Program-made: the position numbers and the translations under genes
From: Octopus sinensis
Lineage: Eukaryota
DNA: 64,000 nucleotides
Reading direction: 5' to 3'
Assembly (NCBI RefSeq): GCF_006345805.1
Contig: NC_043001.1
Location: 21,824,001 to 21,888,000 of the forward strand
Shown: positions 48,873-62,579 of the stretch, piece by piece
Layout: every line of letters starts with the position of its first letter
Position numbering within the stretch: the stretch's first letter is position 1
Notes under the pieces: model-generated
What the model was told of the DNA's origin: nothing
What the model saw: only the letters and a program-made list of their open reading frames with translations
Database searches by the model: none

Positions 48873-49959
48873 CTACAAAATAAATTTATTCATTTTCTTA
48901 TAACCACTTTACGTGGTGTTACAAGAAGAACGTCTAAGACTTTTTGACTAATGATGTAATGTGGATATAACATTGTATAAACTGTCACTTGCAAAGCAAA
49001 TTGCTGGGATTCTATAAATGTGATGATACCAAGATTTTTCTTCATTTTTTTTTAATGGAGGGTAGGTCATGAAACTATGAAACTGCCTATATCCTAACAT
49101 TATATTTGAAAAAACACACAAAGAATGTTCATTTTATTTTTCTCTTAGTTATAAGATGAATAGCATATCTTGAGAACTTTCAGCCAGAAAGCAAACACAA
49201 CTATTCAAAAATCTCAGACAATCTATACACTAAGAAACAGACTGTCAAATATCTACAGACATCAGATAAACATTGAAATCAGACATAGCAACTATGATTA
49301 CATTAGATCCTAATCTCACAACAGCCTGCTACCTCTTCACCAATTTTTATCTTTTACCAGCTCCATCCTCCCACCACCACCACCCTCTCTAAAATGTGAG
49401 TAGTCATGTAGCTACTCTACAGCAAGAAAACTGTTTTGTTCAAGCCCTTTTCTCTCATATTTTATCCCTCTCTAATCTTTATTTTCCTACTGTAAAGATA
49501 TCCCCTCCCACTCTTCAGCATTTCTAATCTTGCAAGCAGTATGGTGACCTCACTAGTGCTGGTGGCATAAAGAAAAAAGTGCCCTGTACATGCTATAAAG
49601 TGGTTGGCATTAGGAAAGACATCCAACTGTAGAAACTGTTCTGGGGCCCATCAGACCATATCAAACCATCCAACCTATGCCAGCATATAACATAGATGTT
49701 AAAATGATTTTGATGATGATGATGATGATGACAACAATAACACTGATGATGATGGTGTGTAAATAATTTTATATGTATTTCCATGTTCCGATATAAATAC
49801 AAAAGAATACAAATTTTTGCATCAGAGTTTAAACATTCTAACATCAAGATGATACATACACCTTTTACATGAATCAAAAAGCAGACACCATATCAACTTT
49901 ATGGTACAGAAATTATTAGTAGTAACAGAAAAGAAATAAAAAAGCAATTTTCCTTATAT

Positions 49960-49978
49960 ATATGTGTGTGTGTGTGTG

Positions 49979-50058
<80 letters not shown>

Positions 50059-50218
50059 ATATGTGTGTGTATATATATATCCGTATATATATATATATAT
50101 ATATATATACATACACACATATATATATACATACATATATATACATACACATACATATATATACATACACATATATATATATATACACAGATACACATAT
50201 ATATATGTATATATATAT

Positions 50219-50257
<39 letters not shown>

Positions 50258-50280
50258 CATATATATATACACATATACAA
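49960..50280. repeat. Compound (AT)n/(AC)n microsatellite
   Basis: Direct reading; source of the YI/CV-repeat ORFs. Confidence 0.95.
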
Positions 50281-50902
50281 GCACACAAGACGTAGTATAT
50301 TTATTAGATAACTGATACTCTGTCAGTTACGACAATGAGGGTTCCAGTTGATCCAATCAATTGAACAGCCTGCTCATGAAATTAATGGGCAAGTAAGTCG
50401 CTGAGTGCACCACAAACACACATACACATTTTTTTTTCCAATTTTCATGCAAAAAATATTTTTTTAAATATTTATTTTGAATCTGTATATAAGAAAGAAT
50501 AAGTACACAAATTATTTTGGATCAGTTATGATTTATGATGAAGTTACTGATAGCTAATGATAGAAAATGGGAATAACATCATGAACGAAGAATTTCAAGT
50601 TAGATATAAGTGACAGATATCCTCAGAACACAGTGAATGCATATTTTCATTCAAATATATATTCATTAGACATCTCCAAATGAAAATATATGGGAAAATA
50701 TGTTAAAAGGTTAATATAATACTCAGGGAGATTCAGCATGGCATAGAATGTGACAAGGCTGGCCCCTTGCAATACAGGTACAACTCCTTTTTGCCAAGCG
50801 AGTGGACTGGAGCAACATGAAATGAAGTGTCTTGCTCAAGGATACAATATGTTGCTGGGAATTGATCTCACAACCTTATGTTTGTGAGCTGAATACCACA
50901 AC

Positions 50903-51120
50903 CCACAAGGGGCTAAACACAGAGAGGACAAACAAGGACAGACAAACGGATTAAGTCGATTATATCGACCCCAGTGCGTAACTGGTACTTATTTAATTGA
51001 CCCCGAAAGGATGAAAGGCAAAGTCGACCTCAGCGGAATTTGAACTCAGAACGTAGCGATAGACGAAATACGGCTACGCATTCACCCGGCGTGCTAACGT
51101 TTCTGCCAGCCCACCGCCTT
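50903..51120 (-). mobile_element. SINE family B inserted into an older tRNA-SINE head
   Basis: Flanked by the 13-bp direct repeat ATACCACAACCAC (50893-50905 and 51122-51134). Confidence 0.8.
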
Positions 51121-51217
51121 TATACCACAACCACTAAGCCACAAGCCTTCACATTTACACAACTGGTTGAGCAAACATTCATCTATCTACTCCACGATAC
51201 CCCACTCAGCAAGTATA

Positions 51218-51613
51218 TCTTTATATATAAAAGTCAAGTTGTGTGTCTGTCTCCACCGATTTAGGTTCCTAACTACTCCCACATTTTGCGGTGCAGTTTA
51301 ACCAAAAGCGAGTATCTTATAGTCGTGATTCATATCGGGCCCTTCTGGGTATTAGCGCGCGTCTACGATGAGTCTACGATTTTAAAAAAAAACTGACCAT
51401 AATTTTTCCGCATTTTTAATGCATTTTCGCTCAGTTTATATAAGGGAAGTAACTCTCTAAAAATGTATTATTAAATCTCAGAACGTAAAAAGCTACAGTA
51501 ACACCCCCTTTGTGGTTAGCCATATTGAGATGGCTATTATACTTTACATCTCTAAAAATGCTTATATAGTTATTTCCCTTACAAATCCGAGCAATGCCGG
51601 GTGATACTGCTAG
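51218..51613 (+). mobile_element. Non-autonomous Helitron
   Basis: A|TC start; TCCGAGCAATGCCGGG hairpin then CTAG|T. Confidence 0.85.
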
Positions 51614-52314
51614 TAAATGCTATTTGTATACTTATGCCAACCATTGTATATATATTTATACAAAGTGAGATCGGGGCTATGAGTGTAACCAACTATGGGA
51701 TATCAGTTATCCAAAGTAACTCATTTTTAACTGCATATTACCTCAATACATCTGACTAATACAGGCAGAATGAGATACCTTTATCTACAGGCTGAAACAG
51801 CTGTAAGATCCATTTTATGTGTAATATTCTTACGGTATTATTCTTACATATTGATGTATATTGTTTTGTTTTGTTGGATTTGGATGTTCCTATTTATGTA
51901 GTTGATAAATAATATGAATTGGTAATATCTGTAAGTCGATGATTGTAATGAATCTGTTCCTCTATTTTCTTATTTGCATTATATATTTATACATATATCT
52001 AATATCATACACACAAAGAGAGACATACATATTCATACATACAAACACAAAATGTATGCACATCATACATGTTATGTCTACATACCTACTAGCAACAAAG
52101 AGTTTCAGAGTAAACGGAATATGTGGCAGAGAGGGAGCATGAAAGACCTGGGTGAAGATGATCTGAAGATAACACACCTTATGAAGGAGGTGACACAGGA
52201 GACAAAAACACACACACAAGCAAAAGAGAGGAGAGAAGACATAAATACACTCATACACACATGCCCTTACATTCTCTTTTACTCTTCTACTTGTTTCTAC
52301 TTTTACTCTTCTAC

Positions 52315-52641
52315 TCGCCTTTAGGACTTATTCTTTGTAAGCCTAATACTTATTCTATTGGTCTCTTTTGCCAAACTATTAAGTTACAGGGGCGTAAACA
52401 CACCAGCATCGGTTGTCAAGCGATGTTGGGGGAACAAACACAGACACACAAACATATATACACATATGCATATATACAATGGGCTTCTTTCAGTTTCCGT
52501 CTACCAAATCCACTCACAAGGCTTTGGTTGGCCCGAGGCTAATAGTAGAACGCACTTGCCCAAGGTGCCATGCAGTGGGACTGAACCCGGAACCACGTGG
52601 TTCGTAAGCAAGCTACTTACCACACAGCCACTCCTATGCCT
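52315..52641 (-). mobile_element. SINE family A
   Basis: Reverse complement of 34415-34805. Other - copies at about 9241-9360, 25130-25270, 32340-32530, 37210-37474 and 46790-46922. Confidence 0.85.
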
Positions 52642-54247
52642 ATATATAACATATATAAAACGTCTATATATAACATATATAAAAGATAGTTAAATACATT
52701 ATACACACACACATTACATATACGTAAATACACACATTGAAACATACACTGGCAATCCAGTATTAATAACTGCATGTGTGAAAAATTGTATGTATTTCTC
52801 TTAAACACACAATCATACATATACATTTACGAATGTATTCATAATTGTGAACACACCTCTTAACATATACATGCATACTTTTATGGGAATACATACACAC
52901 ACCTAACTACATACATATAAATACATATATGTATATACACGATGAGGGAGATGAAATTTGACTCAACAGTAAGTGTGACTATTATTTGCGAAAGTGCTAT
53001 AAAGTGAAGATGTCTTTTATTTAGCTTAGTTGTTGGTTTGCAGCTTTTGCATAAATGTCTGCTCTCAGTTAAATGCAATGCAGAATTGTGACAGTTGACA
53101 CTGCATTCAAACGTATATGAATTTTCAGACTACCAATAGAAAGATAACATTTATTACATGACTGTCATGCATGCATGTACGTATATATGTATGTATGAAA
53201 GAGCTTGAATTTGCAAAGACCATATTCATATGAAGCAAGCTCATCCCTATTCAAACCATATGCATTAACATTTAGCACACTGAAGGCAAATTATGTCACG
53301 GTATGAGTTTTCTCCCTTTTTGATGCAATACAATGTGCCTGCATCCACAGGGGAGAAAACCTGTATAGCAACATGATTTGCCTTCAGCATGCTAAAGGTT
53401 GATTAGATTAGGCCATCCATGTCACCCAGTTTTAAAAACTAATAAAAATCAACAAATATTCAGCATCCTTTACTAGTCACCTGCATGACACCAAACCAAA
53501 GAAATGAAAGCACTCTTCCAACACTCGTTTGCTTAGATTTCCACATTTCAGTGAAAGTACTACTGAAAGGCCATCGACAGGGAAAATATAAAGCTGATAT
53601 AGAGTTTTATATAAAGCTTTATATAATGTATATATGAAGCTGGCTAACCTGAGAACTTCCTAACAGAAATGCCTCATAAACAGCTCCTCAACAGATGCCT
53701 ATGAGAGCTGGCCAACTGCTCTATGCACAAAACATATACATGCCTGTAAACTTACTTTGTGTACCAAGTCCAATGCAACAAGACAATAAACAGGCAATTT
53801 GATTCAGCTCATACACATCTGAATCAAGGAACATCTTTTCACACATGCATCATCATTCATAAAACACTTTGACAAATGTAGGAACAAGAACATTGCAGTC
53901 ACCATCAAAACCATAGCAGCAGTAATCTGTGATGCCAAGCAACTTCTGACACCCCTGGGGGTTCCATGATAGAACTTCTTGTTTTGAAGTGGTCTAGAAT
54001 TAAACCTTCCTTCAAAATTTAATTTATATTCTAAATGCCAGCTTATGAACATAATTATTCTAATAAATTCTTCATTACTTTCAAAATTAATTAGAACAAA
54101 GGCAAAGGCCTTTTCAACAAATATGATAACAAAAAGGTTAAACAAACCATTCTGATTAAAATAAGCCAAATCATTGCTTTTCAAAAGTGGTATTTTACCA
54201 AAAATATCATGACTAATTAAATATTTTTGAGGTAATATTTTAATAAC

Positions 54248-54280
<33 letters not shown>

Positions 54281-54346
54281 GGTGCTAAATATTCTAACGA
54301 TGATGCCATTACCAAAGCCATCTTTCTATAACAAATTGTGTGTACA

Positions 54347-54379
<33 letters not shown>

Positions 54380-55110
54380 AGTGAGAGAAAGAGGTGTGTT
54401 TATACATAAATATACGTTTGTATATATGTATAAACATATGTTTAATGTGTGTGTGTGTGTGTGTGTGTAGCTGGATTTTCATTGTTTATTTTTTATTTTT
54501 TTATTTTCACAAGTCCTTTCATGTTTCACAACAACCTTCTGGTGATGCTAAAATGGCATTGATAACTACGTGGCAATTATGTGCAGTTTCAAAAGAGATA
54601 ATCTATAAAACGATCTTAATATTACAACAATTTTCAGATGAATGATATCGTTAGATCAAATTAAATTCAATTGAATATTATAATACATTCAGAGCTTGTC
54701 TGAACTTCAAAAGTTTCTTTTCATTCATCCAACTTTTAACATGAGTCATTAGATTTATAAAATTGGAATATTGGAAAATTTTTCTTGTAGCATATTTCCA
54801 AAGGATTACTTAGTGGGATCTCTCTGATATTAGTCAGAGGGGACCCTAACATGTAACTGCTGATGTGCACACATATATGCGTTTATGGTTTATATTTGCA
54901 TTGGTATTTTTCTTTGTGTCTTTGCTTTGATACACTGACCATCTTGTATAAATGACATTAAAAATATTCTGCTTACATTGATCATGTACCACTAAAAAAG
55001 GTACTATTCTCTAGTCTTTCGTACCTCTTATTGGGGTTGCCTGAAGTTCCATAGATAATGCTTTTGCAGAGAAAGACAAATGATGGGAGAAGAAAGAGTA
55101 AAATAAAGAA

Positions 55111-55172
55111 AAGGAATCATGGTCAAAGAATGAAAGTGATCAATCACTTTCATTCTTTGACCATGATTCCTT
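55111..55172. repeat. Perfect 30-bp inverted repeat with 2-nt spacer
   Basis: AAGGAATCATGGTCAAAGAATGAAAGTGAT-CA-ATCACTTTCATTCTTTGACCATGATTCCTT. Confidence 0.95.
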
Positions 55173-55828
55173 GTAATGGATAAAGACAAACTTCAAATCT
55201 GAAAAAGAAAATTTTAATTTCATTCACATACACATGCATGCACACACCAATACATGCGTACATACTCAGACACACAGACATACTCACACACACATGATAA
55301 GAAGCTTGCTTCCCAACCACATAGTTCTGGGTTCGGTCCCACTGTGTAGCACCTTAGACAAGTGTCTTCTACTATAACCTCAGAGCAACCAAAGCCTTAT
55401 GAGTGGATTTGGTAGACGGAAACTGAAAGAAGCCCATCATAAATGTGTGTGTGTGTGAGTGTATGTATGTATTTATGTGTCTGGGTTTGTCCCCCCACCA
55501 CTGCTTGACAACCAATGTTAGTGGTTCAGCAAAAGATACTGATAGAATAAGTCCTAGGCTTACAAAGAATAAGCCCTGGAGTCAACTTGCTCAACTAAAG
55601 GTGCTGCTCCAGCACGGCCCTAGTCAAATGAGTGAAACAAGTAAAAGAATAAAGGTATCAATCCATTTCCTCAGTATTTCATGACTTTTTTTTGCCAAAA
55701 TACTGACGAGGTAATTTGTTAAAATCATATAATTTCACCAAATGATTGTGTAATTCTGTCAGTTGATTCATCAAAACACATGTATGCTTTATAAAGTTTA
55801 AATTACCAAATATATTTCTCGTATTTTA

Positions 55829-55877
<49 letters not shown>

Positions 55878-58119
55878 TATATATTTATTTATATGGGTGT
55901 ATGGTTGTGAATGTGCATGTATATATATTTCTTTATTGCCCACAAGGGGCTAAACATAGAGGGGACAAAGACAGACAAAGGGATTAAGTCGATTACATCA
56001 ACCCCAGTGCGTAACTGGTACTTTATCGACCCCGAAAGGATGAAAGGCAAAGTCGACCTCGGCGGAATTTGAACTCAGAACGTAACGGCTAAGCATTTCA
56101 CCCGGCGCGCTAACGTTTCTGCCAGCTCGCCGCCTTATATGTGTGTATATATACATGTGCACATATATATACACACATATATATCATCCGCTTTAACATG
56201 CATTTTTTATGCTAGCATGGGTCAGATACATGTGTACATGTGCACACATACATATGGTTACCTGTGTATGTGTGTGTATCTATACATGTGAAATTTTTTT
56301 GTGCACTGGAATGCCTTACATATTTTAGCTTTCTCCTCCCTTCTGACTTTAATTTGCGTTGCATTACTGATAGATTACAAACTAATTACTGGGTCCACTC
56401 AATCAACAGTGCCTCTTTCTATAGTTTGTGCCCCAGTATTATTGTGAGAAATCAATATTATAATATTCTAATTATTTCATCTAATTTACTGATTTCCATG
56501 AATCATTACTTGACTTTGCAATAACTGAGTTGATTAACACAGTATCCTAATCATTGATTAACCTAAATCCTATCTGTGTTCAGAATAGCAGACTTTGTAT
56601 TATAATTTATTAAGATTGTTTACAGAACCAAAAAAATGCCAAAATTTCATAACAGTAGTTCTAGGTAACCACATTCAAACTATATACTAGTTGGCGTTTT
56701 TAAGTACTTTGTTTTTTTTGTTGTTTTTTTTTAGTTTTTTTTTTAAATGGAGAGCTATAACAAGATTAATTTTCTACATTGATCGAAAAGAGACTTTCTA
56801 AATCCAGCAGCAAATATTTAATGAATGATGATTCATTAACAAATAAATTATGTAACAGTAGCATAATCTATTTGAATATACATTCACAGATTTCATTTTT
56901 TCTTCTTTTTTTTTTTACCTCGTCATGCAAATAATTAAAAAATAAAAGAGAAAACTAAGAAACTATCCTTTTTTTTAACCACAATATCAGATAAAAAGAG
57001 AATTTGCTATTTAACCACTTAACTGTGATATTAAATTTCATGGTTTTTCCAGTAATGTCAACCAAACAGTAGAACTGGTATTTTCTGCATGTTGTGATGC
57101 CGCAATAAACTTGGCATATTTCAACAAAAAATTTGTTTTAAACATGACATGCCTCAACAAGAGACAAGACTGGTATATAAAACTGCTTTCCACAGTTAAA
57201 TGTAAAGAAATTTTGAGTGGATATATGGTTTTTGCAGTTAAAGAGTTAAACCAACCTAAAATAATGTCAGATTGTAAGAAAATATTCCTCACAGATAACA
57301 GTAATTCTCTGTCTTGTGATTTCATATATTTATACAGGATCTGGCTAAACACTAGATTCTCTGTATTTCATAAAAAAAAATGATTAAGCTGCCGTAAGCA
57401 ACTAGGATATTCAGTTAGTGGTTCATGAATGCAGAGTTTAAATCAAGCATTTCTTAGCTTTTTCTAATCAGAAAACAGTTCAATGTGCTTGAATTTACCT
57501 ACCTACAAAGGAATAGAGCTCTAGGAATAAATCAACTGTGATGAACTATCACCCTGTATAGAAGGAAAATGCCATATCTATTTAATGCTACATAAAATGG
57601 AATTGCATAGAGGTGCATGGGTTAGTACTTAGGATGTTGGACTCATCATTGTAGGGTTGTCATTTCAATTCCTGGAGTGGGTGGTGCATAGTATCCTCAA
57701 GCAAAATAATTCATTTCACATTGCTCCAGTCCACTCAGCTGGCAAAAATTAGTAATTCCTGAGAACATGAGATATTTTTTCCAGGAACTCACTGGCCAGA
57801 AATAGCAATGTGCATTATACATGTGTATTATATACAAATACGTTATATATATATACGTATATGTGTATTTTAGATCGCTAGCCACTACACATTCGTTATT
57901 TTCTCTCCTTGTTTCTTTCTGTGGAAGAGTGTAGGCTCGAAACATTAAAGACTTTTTCACTTCCTTAGCATTATACTATTACATCTGTTTGTTGTCTACA
58001 CCACCTGTTTTCGTCTTTTGTTGGGTTTTTTTGTGAATTCTCCCTATATATATATATATAAAGGAAAGAATTAATAGAGTCAAAAAGAAGAGGGAGTACG
58101 ATTCAACTATAATATATAT

Positions 58120-58545
58120 ATATATATGCATATCTATATATATACACATACATACTTATATAGATATATGTTTGTATGTATGTATACACATATATACCTA
58201 TATATATATATACATAAATTTATATATATACACACACACACACATATATATGCATATATATACATACACATATATAGATGCATATATATATATACACATA
58301 TACATTATATACATACATATATATACACATATACATATATATACATACATATACATATATATATAATATATATACATACATATATATATACATATATATA
58401 TAATATATATACATACATATATATATACATATATATATAATATATATACATACATATATATATATACATATATAATATATATGTATATATAATATACACT
58501 TTATATACATATATACATATGCACACACAAACACATATATATAGG
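58120..58545. repeat. Compound (AT)n/(AC)n/(ATAC)n microsatellite
   Basis: Direct reading. Confidence 0.95.
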
Positions 58546-59204
58546 CACCTTGTCATTGTTTTATTATCAACCTTCCATGCATGCAGAGACACTGAAGCAG
58601 ATGCATACATGTCAAGGGAAAAAATATGCAGTCACACACACACATACATGCACAAGCTTCTTTCAGTCTCATCAACCAATTTTTTGCACAATGTATTGGA
58701 CAACCAACAAGTCTAGCAGAAAACATCCATTGCAGTGGGATTGACCCACCCAATAATGCGATTCTGAAGTGAACTTCTTAAACCACTCAGCCATGCCAGA
58801 ATCAATCTATCTATATGTTCATTCCTACAGCTGTTTCAATAATTCTTACACAAAATGGTAGAATCATATCTTCATATTTCTCCATGGAAATTGTTCTCTG
58901 AAGATACAATTCTTTCATATTGTGTAAAATGTTTTGAGACATCCTGGATAGTCCACTGTTATGCTTTCTAATATAATTTGGTCTGTTAATGTATTATAGC
59001 TTATATTTGCACATTGAATTTTAACATTATTGGTTATCTTTTGCACATACAAATCATAACTCTAGGAGTGTTGCTTACCAACCACATGGTTCCAGGTTCA
59101 GTCCGACTGCGTGACACCTTGGGTAAGTGTCTTCTATTATAGCCTTTGGTCGACCAAAGCCTTGTGAGTGGATTTGGTAGACAAACCGTCATATGTATGT
59201 ATAT

Positions 59205-59275
<71 letters not shown>

Positions 59276-59599
59276 ATGTGTGTGTGTCTGTGTTTGTCCC
59301 CCCAACATCGCTTAAACGCGCAAACCAAAGGTGGTGTGCTTATGTCCCCGTAACTTAGTGGTTCGGCAAAAGAGACAGATAGAATAAGTACTAGGCTTAC
59401 AAAAAGAATAAGTCCTAGGGTCAATTTGCTCGACTAAAGGCGGTGCTCCAGCATGGCCTCAGTCAAATGACTGAAACAAGTAAAAGAATATATATATATA
59501 TGTATGTGTGTGTGTAAACACACATTTAAATATGTGTATGTATGTATAACCATCTATTTATTATCTTTACTTGATCTTCAATTCTATACCATGTAACTT

Positions 59600-61560
59600 C
59601 CGCACCCTGATAATGGGAATAGAAGTTTTACAAAATATAAAATTCAATATGACCTGGTATTGGGTATGATAGCAGTGACCATCAAAGTATGCCCTGCATT
59701 AAGAAACAATTGTAGAGATGTTTGAAATGTGTCCATAAATAGATTCTTTTGTTTTGTATTCATGCCATAAGGTGTGTTGAGCCTTCATGTGAAGCCTAGT
59801 GTATGTACCAGTTAGGCATTCTTAAAGTTCCTTCTGCACAGTCTAGGTTAGGTGTCCAAGAAAAAGACTGTTCTCTACATATGCCTTGAAAGAAGGTCAG
59901 CCTTGGTAATTTTGAAATACTTGCTTACCCAATACTGTTTAGCTGGTTACAGGCTCTCCAAGTTTGTCCCTTGTATGTCACAGAGTTTCTCTTACTTTCA
60001 ATAAAGCAGGACCCAAGTACCTTGGGTCCTATGTCACTTGAGCTGTGTACTGTTGTCAGAATAAATTAGCAGGCGACTTTCATCCTCATTGATGGCCATG
60101 AGGAATTACAACCGTGTTTCGTGGCCTGCTACCACAACAGCTCCTTTATAGGATCCAGTTAGCTCAAGACATCATCAGGAGGAACCACGTCTGGTTTCGG
60201 CCCCTACTCCTCTACCATTTTGACGTAGCGGCCCCTGCCCCTTTTGGAGGTGTCTTCAGCTCTGGTGTTGGGTGCATGTCTTCTGTCTTCTTCTTTCTTC
60301 TGTTCCCTGGATTCTTCGATGTATCATCAGCGAGAGTCAGTCGGTGACTGACTGACTTGTCAAATTTTTTCCTTTAAATTTCTTTACATTGAGAAACACA
60401 TTAGTTGTAACATTCTCAAAAGGTGTTAACAAAACATCACACAGTTAATAAGCTGTGAAAATAAGATCATTATTATAGCGAATGTCAGGAGTGATATATG
60501 CTCTGCTGTCATGATCACTTTTGCTTGATGGTGAGGCCTTTGTTTTAGATGAGATCAAGACACTGCATAAGAATGTAGTCCATCCTGTTGTTGAGAGAAA
60601 CACTTTTGTTAAAAAGACTCTGCTTTGCACAAAGCTTGATGGGCTTTATACAAGACAGCTTTGACAATATCACCCAAGATACTGTAGTTTAATAGTCAAT
60701 GTAACATGGTCCTTCTGTTGACACTATTATATGCTTTGGAAAAATCTACAAATACAACTGATGCTTTATGCTCAGAGATTCTGAACTCTTCAATGAGTTT
60801 TCTAATGAAAAAGAACTCAATTATGTTGATCTATGATAGTATTGATCTGCCTTTGCAGAAGCCACTTTTCTGGTATAGAATGGGATTGATATCAGGAGAA
60901 ATTCTATAAAGGATCACAGAGTTGTAGATTTTTGAGGTTAGAAGTGAGGGTGTAATACCGAGGCGGATGAAGAACACCTTTCTTTAGAAGTGGAATAATG
61001 GCATATTTGGCAAAGGTTGTGGATTTGTTTCCTTTATAGTTCTTGTTACAGAAGTTCAATAAATATTTGTGGAAAAGTGGACTCTTCCAGATGATAGTGT
61101 CTTGACATTTCTTTGATAATTTTAAAGCATCTTCTAGAGTAAATAGGCTAATCTGACCATTAGGCTTTCTGCTACTTCATGGTAGAAAAGCAGATAACTG
61201 TCAAATTTGATGAGATATATTCCACGAAGAATCAATCTGAAGTGCTGAAATCAGGCATCTACATGCTGGTCATAAGTTTTCTCTACAACAGAGACCAATG
61301 GAAAGCCTGATATTTATAAGTTCCAATGGAGTTGTCCAAGCAGTAGCACACTCATTCTCAATGTGGGGATTGTTGACTATTTCAGTTCTAGAGTGGATGT
61401 GGGCTTCTGGTGCTTCATACACTTCATCACATGTGACTTTAGCTGAACTGAAATGCCTTTCATTGTGCCCAAAAGATCAAAACTGATATTTCTACACTGC
61501 TTTCTTCAGATCCTCTCTGGCGTTTGTTAACCTTCACATTGATAGCGAAGATTAGTGGCT
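59600..61560 (-). mobile_element. Degenerate RTE-clade (RTEX-like) LINE, RT to C-terminus, interrupted by a GC-rich insert near 60050-60360
   Basis: IIPLLKKG; VFVDFSKAYNSVNR (about 60718-60757); DIRYNNDL (YADD position); YLGS; LTGTYTRLHMKAQ...SIYGH...YFDGHCY. Confidence 0.85.
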
Positions 61561-61840
61561 TCTTTCTCTTCTTTGAGAACACTATATCTCTGTTGACAGA
61601 GACACAAACACAAAGTGTATGTATATACTAGCCCTCGTGCCGGTGGCACGTAAAAGCACTCACTACACTCTCAGAGTGGTTGGCGTTAGGAAGGGCATCC
61701 AGCTGAAGAAACTCTGCCAGATCAGATTGGAGCCTGGTGCAGCCATCTGGTTCGCCAGACCTCAGTCAAATCGTCCAACCCATGCAAGCATGGAAAGCGG
61801 ATGTTAAATGATTATGATATATATATATATAGTATGTGCA

Positions 61841-62579
61841 TAGACATAAGAAGCATCGGATGTGGCATGCAAGAGAGACGTTTGCGTTGGTATGGTCATG
61901 TACTGCAGATGGAGGAAGAGAGCTGTGTGAAGAAGTGCCACTCTCAAGCAGTGGAAGAAATCCAGGGTAGAGGGAGACCCAGGAAGACATGGGATGAGGT
62001 GGTGAAGTATGACCTTCGAACATTGGCCCTCACAGAGGCAATGACAAAAGACCAAGACCTCAGGAGGTATGCTGTGACTGAGAAGACCCGGCAAATAAAG
62101 TGAGTCCACAGCTGTAACCTACACCAGTGTCACATAACCAGTCCACTCAAAAGTACCTTGGATCGTAGGGCAACATGCCATGCATGAGGAGACCTAATGA
62201 GTCAAGTACATCAACATCAACAGCAATATCAAAATCAAATCAAATGGAAGTTGTAGTTGTGATTCCTGTGCCAGTAGCATGTAAAAGGCACCATCTGAAT
62301 GTAGCTGATACCAGTGCCACTTTGACTGGCTTCCGTGCCAGTGGCACATAAAAAGCACCATCTGATCGTGGTCAATGCCAGCTCCTCTGACCCCGATGCT
62401 GGTGGGCACGTAAAAAGCACCCACTACACTCTCGGAGTGGTTGGTGTTAGGAAAGACATCCAGCTGTAGAAACAATCAGATTGGATTGGGGCCTGGTGCA
62501 GCCTCCTGGCTTCCCAGACCTCAGTCGAACCATCCAACCCATGCCAGTATGGAAAACAGATGTTCAATGATGATGATGA

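Noticed and set aside
49899-50315. YI/CV/HT-repeat ORFs (also 58126-58610, 31952-32167, 9581-9838, 59137-59424)
   Set aside because: Translations of (AT)n/(AC)n microsatellites.
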